Positions 36,471-50,275 of a stretch of 64,000 nt of DNA are shown one piece after another; within the stretch, counting starts at the first letter, position 1, and each line of letters opens with the position of its first letter. The position numbers were made by a program, and so were the translations under genes. Location of the stretch: contig MU054187.1 of NCBI GenBank assembly GCA_013239625.1, positions 18,344,711 to 18,408,710 on the forward strand. Direction: 5' to 3'. The stretch comes from Lama guanicoe (taxonomy: Eukaryota). The notes beneath the pieces are model-generated. The model saw only the letters and a list, made by a program, of their open reading frames with translations. It ran no database searches and had not been told where the DNA came from.

Positions 36471-39400
36471 TTACAGGGAAGCCAACATTGATGCACCAGT
36501 GGAGCAGAATACAAGAGGCTTATGAATTTTTAAGACAAGATACAGGAATTCAAGGAATGTTTGCACTTGCACCTGATTGCTTTGAGCGAAGCCCCCTGGG
36601 CCTCCAGGTGCACCTCCTTTTGCTGTGAATGTTTGAGAAGCATGGCGGCCGGGGTTGGCACGCAGAACACTGCATCAGGCATCCTTTACGGACTGCTTAT
36701 CAGTTTCGTGGACTAAACGAGAAGCCAGATTTTGAGATAAAGATGATTCCCTTGGGCTCCTTCTGCTTCTAAGCAGCTCCTTCCCCACAGGAGCTACTCT
36801 CAGAAGCAGAAAAGTAAGTTTCAGTTTTTCTTCTTCCATCTCAGGTCTTCAAGACCCAGTCGTCATCCCTTCCCTTCCATCCCTTGGCTGAGCCAAACCA
36901 ACTGGAGGAGAATCACAGGCAGGATTGCCCAGTTCCCCTCAGCCTGAAGATAGGTGAAAAGGGGGCAAATGTTTGTGACTCAAGGGTTCTTTCCAGAGTA
37001 ATTTTAGCATTTATTAGTCATTGTGTGTGCTAGAATACATGGGTGTCTCTAAGGACCTTTTGCTTCCTGTGGCTGTTTTAACCTCCACCCCACCTTGGTG
37101 AGGTCCATGCAGCTCAAGAAGAATGCTGTCTAGCTCAACAATTGACTATATCTTAAGCACAATAAGTTGATCTTTAGAAAAAAAAATGGGGCTGAAAGTC
37201 AACCTTGTAAAGTAATTCAGACATTTTGTAGTGTTGTTCTGATGCATACAATTCCCACACGAAGGGAAGTACCTTTAAAATAAGGACTATTCAATACTAG
37301 TACAGGATTTCCTCTTGTTGTTGATAATTTCCTCCTAACAGAAGACATGACAGAGTCCAAACCAAATTCAAAGGAGGTGTCCAGAGACAACGCGGCATCT
37401 ACGTTCTGCAGGGAACATTGTTCAATCTAATTGATGTTTTCCTTGCAAAGCAATCGAGTGAGTGGAACTATTTTTATCCAGAAGAGAATAGGCTTCCCCT
37501 TAAACTTATGATTCCCCCACCCCCAACTAGTTTTATACAGAGTCAAGATCACAGCGTGTACCTTTCCAAAGTCAACGTTTCCATGAAATATGTTATAAAC
37601 AATAGGCGAATTTAAATGCCAAACTGTGTTCTCACTCAGCAAGCAAAACTTTATCAGCCATAGAGTTTTGCAGTGTGGAAATTCTGGTTCAACCATTACA
37701 TTTGCAATGGATTCTGTCTTCTCAGCAGGTGTGGTGTCCAGAAAAGGGCTCTCGACTTCCATGAAGTTAAATATCTTCCTCTTCGCCAGAACAGTGACTC
37801 CTCTACAAATCCGTTTAAGTTACCTGTACAGAATGATGCCTTTAGTTATGCATGGTCGAGTTCTGTAAGCAGACAATAAACCTTGATTCTTGTGTATACA
37901 ACGGCAGTAAATCAGTGAGCGCACTTTGGCAGAACATTTTTCCAATTTCCTCCCTTCAGTCAGAGAGGCACAATTCAACCTTCCCAATTTGGCCAGACTT
38001 GCAAGAAATAAACTAAGGTTAGCCTTTGGTCCAATTATGTAAACATAGCTAATGAAGAAGGTGTTTCCTACACTGGGATATAAGTAGATAAAAGCTATGA
38101 TTGTGCAAAATAAAACTGCCTAGAAGGGGGGAAAATGTAACAAAATAGAAATAGGAAACCTCTAAGAGCACACAGCCTTTTTAGAATTTTAGCATGAGCT
38201 CTTCATAAAATGGAAGGACACCAGTCCGCATAGCCCAGAGCTTAGCTACAGTCATTCAAGAAATGAATACACAAAGAATGCACGTACAATCTAATTAATT
38301 ATCACAGTAATATTATATGTTTCCCGGGTCACACCAGCAATCTGATGGTTGAAAGCAATTCACAGCAAGAGCAGCAAAAGCACTATTTCTTTGGTTTCCT
38401 TTGCTCCCACTACCATGTATGCGAAAGTTAAGGTGGGCTCGTGAGTCAGACAGATCAGGCTAGACTGCCTGCCCCAGGACGTGCTAGCTGTGTGCTAGTC
38501 CCGGGCAAGTTACTTACCACCTCTGGAGACTCAGTTTCCCCATCTGTAGAGTAGCTGTCATCATAGGACCCATCAGAGCACCTCCTTTACTGTGGTTTGA
38601 ACATTAGAGGAGACAGAGTGTTGATACCTGGACCACGGTAATCATACGCTACTGTAAACTATTGCATTCTTACAAACATAGATTATCAACCTGTGCTGTC
38701 ATCCTTATCGTCATTGTTATGTTGTCACTGCTGCCTTGTGCTGACTGTGGTGGTTGCTGTCGAGCCCAGCTCCCCATGGCTAGCTTTTTTTCAGTGGCTC
38801 AGGGACAGCTCACGTGTTCTTCTGGCCTCGTGATAACATTTTTCTGTTGCCCTAATTTCACAGCGGCCACCAAACTTGTCCGCATCACCCCAAAGCTGCC
38901 AAGACCACAGAAGCATCATGTCTTTTCTGCACCCTTTCCAGATGCTCTGTGCTCAGAAGACTTCCTTCCGGGGGAAGGAGCGGGGCTAGTTCTGTGCTCC
39001 ATGGGGCTTTGACAGTGACCTCTGGAAGAAACACCCTTATCACAATCACAGCAGGCTGTGGTTCAGCCTGGGGGGTCTCAGTGCCATTACAGCCATTGTA
39101 GTGAAACGGCTTTTTAATTTTCTGGACCCTCTTTATTGGACCCTTGGGGACTGAGCTGGAAGAAAAATCTAGATGACAGACACCGTGTTGTATTCAAAGC
39201 AACCCCTGGTGTTCCAAGGCTGGTAGTTTTTCTCAGTTCCCTCTTCCCCTGAATTCTTCCCAGAAGTCACCTCAGTCCTTCCTGTAACTACCGTCCCCCA
39301 GATACGCGCAGACCTGACTGCATCCTTGGGCAGAGCCAGCCTGCGGACCCCCGTGGAGGCCAGTTCCCCTGCCCAGCCCTGCAGCAGACGTGAACAGCAG

Positions 39401-41299
39401 TTCTTCGAGCCTTCAAGTATGCGGCCAAAATCACATTAAATACTACATGGTAAAATACCAGAGAGCTAGCCCAGATCCCTGTACAGGCTGTGGAGGGCTT
39501 CAGCAAGTGGGGAGTCCTGTCCATCGACATTGCTACACTTTTCCAAGGGGACCTGGACCCAAACTCACCTGGGAGCTCTTTAATCTTCTCACTCTCCAGA
39601 CACACCTTCTGTCCTGTTCCATCTTTGTCAGCTGGGACTTCTGGCCTTGGCTACCGCCGTGCGTGGGTCCTCATCCTTGCATCCTGGGAAATCAAGGGGT
39701 TTATTTTTTTAGTAAAAAAAAAAAAAGTGGGGAGAGCTTTTAATGGAAACCTTAATAAAGCCTGCTCAGTGTGGATGCAAATTTTGTAAGGCCTGAAGCT
39801 TATAAATTTGGGGGCCACTGAAAGTGCACAAAATAATTTATTTTTACAAATGTTACCTGGCCAGGCAGACACATTGCCGTAGCCTTCCCAGGTTTCAGAA
39901 GGGGCACAGGAGAGTGGAGGAGTGAGGCATCTGAGGTCCCACCATCCACCTCTGATTTTTCCTGCAGTCCTTACTGCCAAGCGCCTGTGTGTGTTACGTG
40001 CTGAGGCAACCCCTGTGTAAACAGAAACACTGTGTCTTTGTCCTCCAGTGGACTGGTCTCAAGCAAAAAGCCCTGTGAGGAACCGTTAAAATGTGCCCGG
40101 CACACTTCATTAACTCTGATGGCGATACAGGAGGCTGACCACAAACACACCCAAAGGTAACATTATTGTGCTGTTTTAACTTGATTTGGCCCGCTCCTCC
40201 TCATTGTCTGGTGGTCCCCGGCTTTTCCTTTTGTTTGTTAGTTTTGTATTTAGTTTCTTTTCTGTTACATATGCTGAGAAGCAATCTTTTTTTTTTTTAA
40301 ATCTCATCCCACTGAGCATCCCTGGAGGTCCCCTCCCCCTCCCCCTCCCCTGCCCCAGAGGGGAGGAGTGGAGTATTGTTTTGTTTTGTTTTGTTTTGTT
40401 CCTAAACTCTACAAATAATAGAAGAAATGATATTGTTTGTATTGGGTGCACCTGCTTCCCCAAAGCAGGGTGAGGTGTTTTGTTTCGTTTTTTTTTTTCC
40501 TCTCCACCCCCACTCTCCTTTTATCTTGGCTGTGCGTCCTTTGTTGTTTGGTGGGAATTTAAGTGGCTCCTGCTTTCTTAGGGAACTTCCTCTCCCAGGG
40601 AATTCAGAGAGAATCCCCAGGGGCCCCTCACCTCCCCACCCCATGCCATATAAACATGCACCCAAACGCACAAGATGTTTTTAAAGGAGCAAGAGAAACG
40701 CAATCCTGAGAAGTTTTTCCCGTGTTATGTGCTGCGTGTGTGCATGTGTGAATGTGATTTTACACACATATGTGCACGTTACAGAAAAAGAACATGGACA
40801 TCTGTGTCGTTGTCTCCATGCATCCTTTTAGTCTTGACTACCACAGAAGTTAAATACAGCCATTTCTTCTCTTGCCTCCTTTTCTTTTTCTCCAAGTTAC
40901 AAGATAGCCCCAAGTGATCAGCAACTTGACACCTCTCCTCTTTGTCCCATGTCCTTCTTTCCCAAGGACCAGTCTTAGCCTCCTGGTTGAGGGTCCCTGG
41001 ACAGCGTCTACCACCTAGCTCACAGTGCAAGGAGAAAGATCTTGTTCCATTTTGTGAGTTTCTGGGTAACATGAATCATACTCTGCTTTGTCTTTGTGAC
41101 CCCAGCTTCTGGCAAAGAGTCACACACAGGACAAGCTCAATAAATATTCGTAGGATGAATGCTGAGTGATGTGTCTCTGGGTAAGCCACTTCACAGCACT
41201 GACTTTGATTTTCTAATAAATAAGACAGCCAATTTCTTGAAGTTTTTTCTAATGTTATTATGATTCTCTTTGTCTAACATGGATTTGGAGTTATCTCTT

Positions 41300-41768
41300 T
41301 GTATTTGTTAGGGTCAGATGCATGTCACAGGAAAACAATTAAGTAGTAGCTTAGATAAGAAAAAATTCTCCTCTCATGTAAAAGAAGTCCAAAGGCGGGC
41401 TGTTCAGGGCTCCAAGATGTCATCAGGGACCCAGGATGCCCCCTTTCTGCCTTGCCCTCCTCAGTTCAAGAGAGATGCCATAGTCAGCAGTCACCACGTC
41501 CTCCAAGATAAGCAGGAGGAGAAGGGGGGGGGGGAAGACAAGAGGTTGCCCTTTGTAGCTGAGCTCCAGTGAAGCGCAGTTCTAGAAATCCCATTCGCCA
41601 GGTTGCTTATATCTCATTGGTCAGAATTTAGTCATGTGGCCGACCCTACCTGCAAGGATGTATAGATAATTTTTTTTAGCTGGATATTGCTCCAAATAAA
41701 CACCAGAGATGCATTACTAAGGAAGAAAGAGAGAATGGGTATTGGTGTCAAGTAGCAGTCTTGCTACA
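41300..41768. mobile_element. MLT1-type MaLR LTR
   Basis: TGTATTTGTTAGG start, CTCATTGGTCAGAATTTAGTCATGTGGCC core, GCAGTCTTGCTACA end. Confidence 0.75.
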
Positions 41769-42664
41769 TGTAGTCAACATCACTTGGCCTGATTTCATCC
41801 TCCAGTAGCAGTTCCACTTTTTAACTCTCTGCTCCTTTTTTTGAGGTCCCAGAGGTTTCCCAAATCCCGATGACATTTTCACTAGTCCTCAAAAAAAAAA
41901 AAAAGAGAGAGAGAAAACTATATTTTTCAAATGCTAAATGTATAATTAAATTTCTTTGGCTTAAAGGACTGCCCTTTATTTTGTGATTATTTTCAATGGT
42001 TTCTCTCACATGAAAATTTGCTCTTTTCATGAAATGCTGTTCATGGAAGATGAGAGTATTTTTTTTTTATTCATGAGCTTACTTTGAAAAATAAAAATTT
42101 TGAACTCTACGTCCATCACCTGTTTTTTTGGTTTGTTGGTTTGTACTTGGTTTGTTTGCAAACTGGTCCTATAAGTTCAGAAGCCCAGGAGCAGAGCTTT
42201 GGATCATTTCCTTAGTTCTCTCCCCAGACTCCCTCCTCCAAGGACCAAGGGTTGAGGACAGTTCACTAGAAAAAACTGTAGGCAGGAATTCATATAATAA
42301 TAGAGAATCAATAATAATAGAGAAATAGAGAAAGAGGTTTGGTTCATTCAGGAGGAACACAAACCTTCTCAGCTCTTGACACCAAAGGAACCCCATAAGA
42401 GTGACATCCTCATATACAGAAATGAGGGTCTGGTTCCTAATCTCTGCCTGCTGGAGTTCAAATACTGCACTCAGAACATACTAGCTGAGTGATACTAAAC
42501 AAGTTACTTAAAATCTCTCTATGGTTAATTTTTTAATTTATAAAATGCGGGTAATAATGGAATGTCTCTTAAATGATTTTTATGTGGATTAAATTAGAAA
42601 ATATTTGGAACAAGCTTAGCACGGTGCCTGATGCAGAGGCTATGGTCGATAAACGTTACTTATT

Positions 42665-43145
42665 ATCATAGGATTTGATTCAGTGAATAACTAAAAAGCC
42701 AAGCTTATCAATGGCTCAAACACAGAAGTGTTTGCTTTTCTCTCAGGCAGTAACAGTCCCAAGGCAGTCAGTCCAGAACCTGGCCAGAGCAGCCGTTCCT
42801 TGAACGTCAGAGACCAGATCCTTCTCTCTCTTTGGCTCCATTGCCCTTAGCTCATCACCTCAAGGTCCAGGATGGTTCTGGAGCTCCGGCCAACACATTC
42901 ACCCTCAAGAGGAAGAAGAGGCAAGAGGCATAGAAGATTGCACCTCTACCTTTACTTTCAAAAATCCTGCACAATGCCCTGACTGCAGCACACTGAGCAG
43001 AGTGTAGCCCCACGATGACACATACCTCAAATGGGGGCTTAAGACTGGCCACGTTGTTGTCCTGCGTGAAAACTGGGATTCTGTTAATAAAAAAGGAGAG
43101 AACGAATGGCGTAGTAGACAAGCAGCAGTCTTTGCTGCGGACACA
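42665..43145. mobile_element. MLT1-type MaLR LTR
   Basis: AATGGCTCAAACACAGAAGTGTTT...GGGATTCTGTTAATAAAAAAGGAGAGAACG pattern. Confidence 0.65.
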
Positions 43146-44007
43146 GTTGTTGTCAGTGTTCTCATTATTACAGAAGACAGGATCCTGGGAGGGGCAGTGG
43201 GTGGGAGCCGGAGATGCTGAGAGTCACAACCGTCACAGGTGATGAGATGACAGGAGCAAGAAGAGTCCTGAAGGAGTGATGGGAACAGACATCCCCAAAT
43301 CCTGTAGGACTACTTACATCCGTGGACCTCCAGGTTTTCAACAACCTGTTCCTGCACCCCTGCCCACATCTAACTCAGTAGATTGGGATCAGTCCTAGTA
43401 ATCTCTATTTTTTAACAAGTACCACAGGTGACTGATGCGGCAGGAATGTGTACCAGTCTTGTTCACGTGCGAGTTAATTCTCTGCTGGAAGGACTTGGAT
43501 GATTTCTGCTTCAATAGAGGTACAATGTCATGGCAGACCCTGGGCAGTGGGAAGGGGAGGGGAGTGATTGTAGAAGCCTCTAACATTTTACCCCTCAACA
43601 TTCACCGAGACATCTAATGTTTTAATCGAATTAGAAAGAATATACATGTGCATTATGGTATTTAATGTCAAAATAACTTGATCTAATTAAATTGCTCAGC
43701 AAGTCTGAAATAAAACAGCAATACATAAGTCTTTGTATTAATCGAAAGATGTGTTTCCTTCACAGTTATTGACTGCACTGTGTCTAGAAACCACATGGTT
43801 GGAAGATGGTTAGAGGGGCAGTTTCTCAGCTCCAGGTCAGCAGCCAGCGTTCAGTGCCTCTGGAAGGGAGCCAAGCTCCACATCAACAGAAAAATGCAAG
43901 TTAGTTCAAGCCACGGGAAATATCAGTGAAAATCAGTGTTGACATTGAGGACCAGCATTTACTACCCACCTACGCCCTTGGATCACTGGACCAAGTCTGC
44001 CGCTCTT

Positions 44008-44877
44008 TTTTCCCTTTAATTGAAGTATAGTTGATGTACAATGTTGTGTTAATTTCTGGTGTGCAGCCTAGTGGTTCAGTCATACATATATATATATATA
44101 TATGTATATATACACATATTGTTTTTCATATTCCTTTTCATTATAGGTTATTACAAGATACTGAATATAGTTTCCTGTGCTATACAGTAGGGTCTTGTTG
44201 TTTATCTATTTTATATATAGTGATGTGTATCTGCTAATCGCAAACTCCTAATTTATCCCTCCCCTCACTTCCCCTTTGGTGACGATAAGTTTATTTTCTT
44301 TGTCTGAGTCTCTTTCTGTTTTGTAAATAAGTTCATTTGTCTCATTTTTTTAATCCCATATATAAATGATATCATATGACATTTGTCTCTGTCTGACTTA
44401 CTTCACTGACTATGAACATCTCTAGGTCCATCCATGTTGCTGCAAATGGCATTCACTCATTCTTTTTATGGCTAAGTAGTATTCCATTGTATATATACAC
44501 CACAACTTCTTTATCTAATCATCCTTCTATGGACATTTAATTTGCTTCCTTGTCTTGGCTACTGCAAATAGTACTTCAGTGAATATTGGGGTGCATGCAT
44601 CTTTTTGAATTCTGGATATATGCCCAAGAGTGGATCACATAGTAAGTCTATTTTTAGTTTTTTAAGGAATCTCCATACTGTTTTCTATAATGGCTGCACC
44701 AAATTACATTCCCACCAGCAGTGTAGGAGGGTTCCCTTTTCTCCACACCCTCTGTAGCATTTGCTATTTGTAGACTTTTGAATGATGGCCTTCCTGACTG
44801 GTGTGAGGTGATACCTCATGGTAGTTTTGATTTGTATTTCTCTGATTAATCAGCGATATTGAGCATCTTTTCATGTG
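44008..44877 (-). mobile_element. L1 3' end (~870 bp) with 17-bp TSD
   Basis: L1 3' UTR and ORF2 end; TSD CCAAG(T/A)CTGCC(G/A)CTCTT at 43991-44007 and 44878-44894. Confidence 0.95.
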
Positions 44878-47800
44878 CCAAGACTGCCACTCTTATACAG
44901 GCTTCCTAGGTAAGGGGGTAACAGCCCAAGGGCTGCCACCTGCTTGGCTGTCCCCTGATCAGCTTCACAAGCAACCTTTCAGTGACTGGCCTCTCCCCTC
45001 CTCCCTGACTGCTTTGCCCCAAGCTCCACATCACTCTCCTCTCGTTTCCCCAAAGCAACAATGAACAACTGTGGCTGTATATTTTTTTAATCACCTGGAG
45101 GATTTTTTAAATACTAATGCTACCTCTAGAGCTTCTGATGTAACCAGTCTGGGTGTGGATCGGCCATCAGGCATTTCTTAGTCTCCCCAGGGATGCTCAC
45201 AAAATTGAGATCCACTGTCCTAGAGCATTGGTAACTGGAAATGACTCTGTAATCAGACTTTTTACTGACATTTCCGGGGTTAGGAAGGCCTAATTATGGC
45301 AGAAAATGAAAAGCAACTTCAAAATCAGTTTTACGTACTTGTGTGCTAAAAGATATCCTTTGGTCTATCCTCTCCCTTTGGGAATTCTTCTTGGCTGGAG
45401 AGAGATTAATACCAGCTACAACTTAAGTTCATCTCAGCAGGTCCCTCTCCCCTCCTCGAGTCTTTTTTCCTCCCCACTCAAGCACCCTGCCTCCAATTCT
45501 GGCATCTCTGTGTACAAATCTCTGCTGCAGTATAAGTGGTACCCCCAGAACCACAGGCATGAGTTACTGTGAGAAGATGGAGCAAGACATCTTCTCATAT
45601 AAGTCAAAGGGAGGGGCAGGCACCCGTGTTCTCCCTCTGGCTCTATCGCTTTCCCTCTGATTCCAGAGGCCTCTGAGGATGCGATGCTTTCCAAATAGAT
45701 GACGTGTGTGGTATTTGGAGATGGCTGATGTTCAGCTTCACCCTAACCCCCTCCCTTTCCAAGAACCACAACCTGTGCAGAAGGAGGCGGCTCTGTCTGC
45801 CTTCATCCCTGACAGTGGTCCAAGCCCCGAACCCACTTTCTGTGACTCCTGTAACCTCCTTTAGCTACGGCAATCCCTCATGAAACCTTTGAACTCTCCT
45901 ACATCCACAGGGAGGGGAGAGAGAAGACCCACCAGGCCAGCTCCCCACAGTGAGGATCATTTTCTTTCCCATGCTCTCCCCATCTCCTTGTGTAAGCTGG
46001 GATGGGGTCAGCTAGGGGGCTATTGTTGAACATGGCAGGGATAGTCTGTCCTCTTATTAAAAACCCTAAAGGACGCATTGGATCCCAAGTGGGTTTTGGT
46101 TCTTTAGAAGCTGAGGTCCTGACTGTTTCTGTGCCCCCAACAGAAAAGGCTGCCCCCAAAATCCTGCTACACACCATGGCTGTTTGATAATCAGAAACAA
46201 GATCAAGAATATATATATATATATATGTATATATACACATATTGTTTTTCATATTCCTTTTCATTATAGGTTATTACAAGATACTGAATATAGTTTCCTG
46301 TGCTATACAGTAGGGTCTTGTTGTTTATCTATTTTATATATAGTGATGTGTATCTGCTAATCGCAAACTCCTAATTTATCCCTCCCCTCGCTTCCCCTTT
46401 GGTGACGATAAGTTTATTTTCTTTGTCTGAGTCTCTTTCTGTTTTGTAAATAAGTTCATTTGTCTCATTTTTTTAATCCCATATATAAATGATATCATAT
46501 GACATTTGTCTCTGTCTGACTTACTTCACTGACTATGAACATCTCTAGGTCCATCCATGTTGCTGCAAATGGCATTCACTCATTCTTTTTATGGCTAAGT
46601 AGTATTCCATTGTATATATACACCACAACTTCTTTATCTAATCATCCTTCTATGGACATTTAATTTGCTTCCTTGTCTTGGCTACTGCAAATAGTACTTC
46701 AGTGAATATTGGGGTGCATGCATCTTTTTGAATTCTGGATATATGCCCAAGAGTGGATCACATAGTAAGTCTATTTTTAGTTTTTTAAGGAATCTCCATA
46801 CTTTTTTCTATAATGGCTGCACCAAATTACATTCCCACCAGCAGTGTAGGAGGGCTCCCTTTCCTCTACACCCTCTGTAGCATTTGCTATTTGTAGACTT
46901 TTGAATGATGGCCTTCCTGACTGGTGTGAGGTGATACCTCATGGTAGTTTTGATTTGTATTTCTCTGATTAATCAGCGATATTGAGCGTCTTTTCATGTG
47001 CCAAGACTGCCACTCTTATACAGGCTTCCTAGGTAAGGGGGTAACAGCCCAAGGGCTGCCACCTGCTTGGCTGTCCCCTGATCAGCTTCACAAGCAACCT
47101 TTCAGTGACTGGCCTCTCCCCTCCTCCCTGACTGCTTTGCCCCAAGCTCCACATCACTCTCCTCTCGTTTCCCCAAAGCAACAATGAACAACTGTGGCTG
47201 TATATTTTTTTAATCACCTGGAGGATTTTTTAAATACTAATGCTACCTCTAGAGCTTCTGATGTAACCAGTCTGGGTGTGGATCGGCCATCAGGCATTTC
47301 TTAGTCTCCCCAGGGATGCTCACAAAATTGAGATCCACTGTCCTAGAGCATTGGTAACTGGAAATGACTCTGTAATCAGACTTTTTACTGACATTTCCGG
47401 GGTTAGGAAGGCCTAATTATGGCAGAAAATGAAAAGCAACTTCAAAATCAGTTTTACGTACTTGTGTGCTAAAAGATATCCTTTGGTCTATCCTCTCCCT
47501 TTGGGAATTCTTCTTGGCTGGAGAGAGATTAATACCAGCTACAACTTAAGTTCATCTCAGCAGGTCCCTCTCCCCTCCTCAAGTCTTTTTTCCTCCCCAC
47601 TCAAGCACCCTGCCTCCAATTCTGGCATCTCTGTGTACAAATCTCTGCTGCAGTATAAGTGGTACCCCCAGAACCACAGGCATGAGTTACTGTGAGAAGA
47701 TGGAGCAAGACATCTTCTCATATAAGTCAAAGGGAGGGGCAGGCACCCGTGTTCTCCCTCTGGCTCTATCGCTTTCCCTCTGATTCCAGAGGCCTCTGAG

Positions 47801-48333
47801 GATGCGATGCTTTCCAAATAGATGACGTGTGTGGTATTTGGAGATGGCTGATGTTCAGCTTCACCCTAACCCCCTCCCTTTCCAAGAACCACAACCTGTG
47901 CAGAAGGAGGCGGCTCTGTCTGCCTTCATCCCTGACAGTGGTCCAAGCCCCAAACCCACTTTCTGTGACTCCTGTAACCTCCTTTAGCTACGGCAATCCC
48001 TCATGAAACCTTTGAACTCTCCTACATCCACAGGGAGGGGAGAGAGAAGACCCACCAGGCCAGCTCCCCACAGTGAGGATCATTTTCTTTCCCATGCTCT
48101 CCCCATCTCCTTGTGTAAGCTGGGATGGGGTCAGCTAGGGGGCTATTGTTGAACATGGCAGGGATAGTCTGTCCTCTTATTAAAAACCCTAAAGGACGCA
48201 TTGGATCCCAAGTGGGTTTTGGTTCTTTAGAAGCTGAGGTCCTGACTGTTTCTGTGCCCCCAACAGAAAAGGCTGCCCCCAAAATCCTGCTACACACCAT
48301 GGCTGTTTGATAATCAGAAACAAGATCAAGAAT
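44086..48333. repeat. Direct tandem duplication, 2 x 2,123 bp
   Basis: ORFs recur at +2123 (44873/46996, 45306/47429, 46002/48125); junction at 46209-46210; about 8 substitutions found by eye. Confidence 0.98.
46209..47000 (-). mobile_element. Duplicated copy of the 44008-44877 L1, lacking its extreme 3' end
   Basis: Part of the second tandem-duplication unit; starts in the L1 TA microsatellite. Confidence 0.93.
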
Positions 48334-48678
48334 GAAGGTCCCCCCCCCTTCACAGCCTACATTGCCTCTGTCCTGTGTGCAGATGTGGCTCTCCACCTGA
48401 CAACTGCTTGTCTCCACTTCCGTAAGACTCACTCATTACACACTCAAAACATGAGTATAAATATTTTACTTATTAGCCCTCCAGACTCCAACTTATTTCA
48501 AGCTCTGATATCTCAGTTTCATTCACCTGGTCACATTTGGTCTAAACATTTCATCTGTGTGGCTTTTCTGTGAAGCCTGGGTGGATGTAGTCTGTTCCCA
48601 CAAGAGAATTTCTTTTTTCCCCATTTCTATAAATGCAGATGTGGTGTTTCCCCATCACCATCCTGAAAGGTTGACTAC

Positions 48679-48940
48679 CTCTGGTTATCAAAGGGGAAAG
48701 GGCAAGGGCAGGAGGTAAATTAGGAGTTTGGAATTTGTAGATACTATTACATACAAAAGAGATAAACAATGAGGTCCTACTGCATAGCACAGGGGACTAT
48801 ATTCAATACCTTGTAATAACCTCTAATAGAAAAAAATATGAAAAAGAATATATATATATACACATATGTATAACCGAATTACTATACTGTACACCAGAAA
48901 CAATAAACTGTAAACCAATGATATTTCAATTTAAAAAAAT
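48679..48940 (+). mobile_element. L1 3' UTR fragment
   Basis: GGTTATCAAAGGGGAAAGG...ATAGCACAGGGGACTATATTCAATA...poly(A). Confidence 0.9.
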
Positions 48941-49027
48941 GCTGATACCCCTTAACTGGAGAGAAGGTGGAGGTGAAGATGAATTAAGAACTGAATGCCT
49001 TTTGGGGAAAGAGTAGGGTATTTAAAA

Positions 49028-49240
49028 AATTAGTGTTTACTGAGTGCTTACTATGTGCAGGCATTGTTTTAAGTACTTTATGTATACATTAAATACAACA
49101 TGTAAAACTCACAAGAAACCTATAAGTTACAATTACATTCCCATTTTACAGATGAGGAAACTGAGTAACAGAGCATTTAAACAAGAGTGAGAACTGGGAT
49201 CTGGAGACCAGGCATCTGGCTTCAAGCCAGCTCTTGACTC
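49028..49240 (-). mobile_element. MIR SINE (one of many; others near 4950-5150, 18850-19090, 26700-26850, 38440-38640, 42450-42660, 61930-62090)
   Basis: CCCATTTTACAGATGAGGAAACTGAG core. Confidence 0.85.
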
Positions 49241-49799
49241 CACATGGAGTCATCAGGGGATAAAGAGTGACAGGAGTCGGGAAAGGGAACAGCTGCATTT
49301 GCCAAGGTGACTGAGGAAGGCCCCTCTGAGCCGTGACGTGGGGCTGTAACCCCAAACGGAAGAGCCGTCCACTAAGCATTCCAGGGAGAAGGGACACAGG
49401 GACTGAGGCACCAGGGAGGAGACAGAGCTGGTTTGCTCCAGGTTCAGGTGGTGGCTGGAGTTTCCTGAGCAAGGCAGAGAGTGACATGGGAACAAACCAG
49501 AGAGGTAGGCTGGCCAGGTAAGAGTAGGGTCTTTTGTGGAGCATATCAAACAGGTGACCAGTGTCCATCCATCCCCACTAAACATGCGCCAAAATGGAAA
49601 TAGACTTGGAGAATGTTTGAGTTCGATTTTTTTTAAGCAAAATTTTAGAACAGTGGAAATACTGAAGTGAAACATGAAATTACCTTCTCTGGTAGTTTTT
49701 AGAATAAAAGATTCATGGTGGGGAATGGAGGGGGATAGAGACATAACTGTCTGAATCTGTTTGGTTCCACTTCTGAGTGGTAACAAGGGGGGACTGGAT

Positions 49800-50275
49800 T
49801 CACTCATTCATTCAACACATGTTTACTGAGTGCCTCCTATACGTCAGGCGCCGAGGAAGTGACTGTCCGTAGAAGCGAACACACCAGGTACAACAGACAG
49901 GTAATGAGTGATCGGTGAAATATACAGACATTCCATCAGATGATGCTAAGTGCTGCGGAGAGAAACAAAAGAGGAAGGGACGGTAGGGAGCGGCAGGAGG
50001 GGAGATGAGGGGGTGAAGGTGGGGGACTATTTTAAATAGGGTCCTAAGGGGAGACCACATGGGGAAGGTGGGCTTACAGCAGAGCCCCTAGTGATGACAG
50101 ATTACAGGCAGATGACCAGAGTCGGGGGAAGAACATTCCAGGCAGAGGGAAAAGCCAGGGCAAGGGCCTGGAGGTGAGTACATACTTGGCACGTTCCAGC
50201 AACAGCGGAGTGTGGTGTGGCTGGAGCAGAGTGATGGAGGGGCTGGTGGTAGGAAATGAGGTCAAAGAGGATGAT
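49800..50275. mobile_element. L2 3' end
   Basis: TCATTCATTCAACACATGTTTACTGAGTGCCT terminus; AACATTCCAGGCAGAGGGAA motif. Confidence 0.8.

Noticed and set aside
44873..48310. Duplicated small-protein gene cluster (identical ORF pairs)
   Set aside because: The identity simply reflects the tandem duplication; the ORFs are short, overlap on both strands and lack recognisable homology.
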